Shown here: piece after piece, positions 63,962 to 64,000 of the stretch | How the letters are laid out: the number at the start of each line of letters is the position of its first letter | Numbering within the stretch: position 1 is the first letter of the stretch | Program-made: the position numbers and the translations under genes | Notes under the pieces: model-generated | Seen by the model: the letters and a program-made list of their open reading frames with translations, nothing else | Told to the model about the DNA's origin: nothing | Database searches by the model: none | From: Clostridia bacterium | Lineage (GTDB): Bacteria; Bacillota; Clostridia; Oscillospirales; Butyricicoccaceae | Assembly: GCA_017408485.1 (NCBI GenBank) | Contig: JAFQUM010000022.1 | Coordinates: forward strand, 1,083 to 65,082 | DNA length: 64,000 nt | Reading direction: 5' to 3'

Positions 63962-64000
63962 GTAACATTTTATAAAAAGGAGCTTGAATAATGACATTCA

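Larger units (their letters stand above)
61485..64000. mobile_element. putative edge of an integrated element (prophage/ICE/IME) extending beyond the window
   Basis: It begins at the truncated side of the tRNA-Ser fragment. By eye it is more AT-rich than the rest of the window. It carries repeated TTATTAGAA motifs, a 40-bp palindrome, small HTH/Zn-ribbon ORFs and gene-poor stretches. No integrase is visible in the window. Confidence 0.45.

Overview
About 61 kb of this window is ordinary chromosome from a spore-forming Firmicute. It looks Clostridia-like (spoIIID, dpaAB, PFOR, rubrerythrin), but I ran no search, so the lineage is tentative. The last ~2.5 kb looks like the edge of an integrated mobile element. 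Main blocks, left to right: (1) a 7-gene minus-strand aromatic amino-acid operon (aroF-tyrA-aroB-aroA-aroC-pheA-aroE/K fusion), preceded by a strong promoter, a 33-codon Phe/Tyr-rich leader ORF and an intrinsic terminator; (2) spoIIID, a fused MacB-type ABC transporter, and a PadR-DUF1700-DUF4097 operon; (3) rimM-trmD, a CoA-transferase pair whose 3' end is duplicated around a lipoprotein gene, PBP1A, PFOR, and a Crp/Fnr-ZIP operon divergent from rubrerythrin; (4) two tandem ~1000-aa paralogous lipoproteins ending in M14 carboxypeptidase domains; (5) rpmE, a parvulin PPIase, a MurC-GNAT fusion, dpaAB, groESL with CIRCE, NfeD/SPFH, CapA, and two orphan family-5 solute-binding lipoproteins; (6) several secreted lipoproteins, mreB, and a 5'-nucleotidase with three OB-like repeats; (7) from ~61.2 kb, an array of seven mini-hairpins interleaved with six ATATCATCA boxes, a 3' half of tRNA-Ser(UGA) that looks like an att scar, AT-rich DNA with at least 8 TTATTAGAA copies, a 40-bp perfect palindrome, and small HTH/Zn-ribbon genes. 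The most interesting candidates are the Phe/Tyr leader-peptide attenuator and the hairpin/box array next to the tRNA scar. All calls come from reading the sequence and remembered family motifs; no database search or folding was run.
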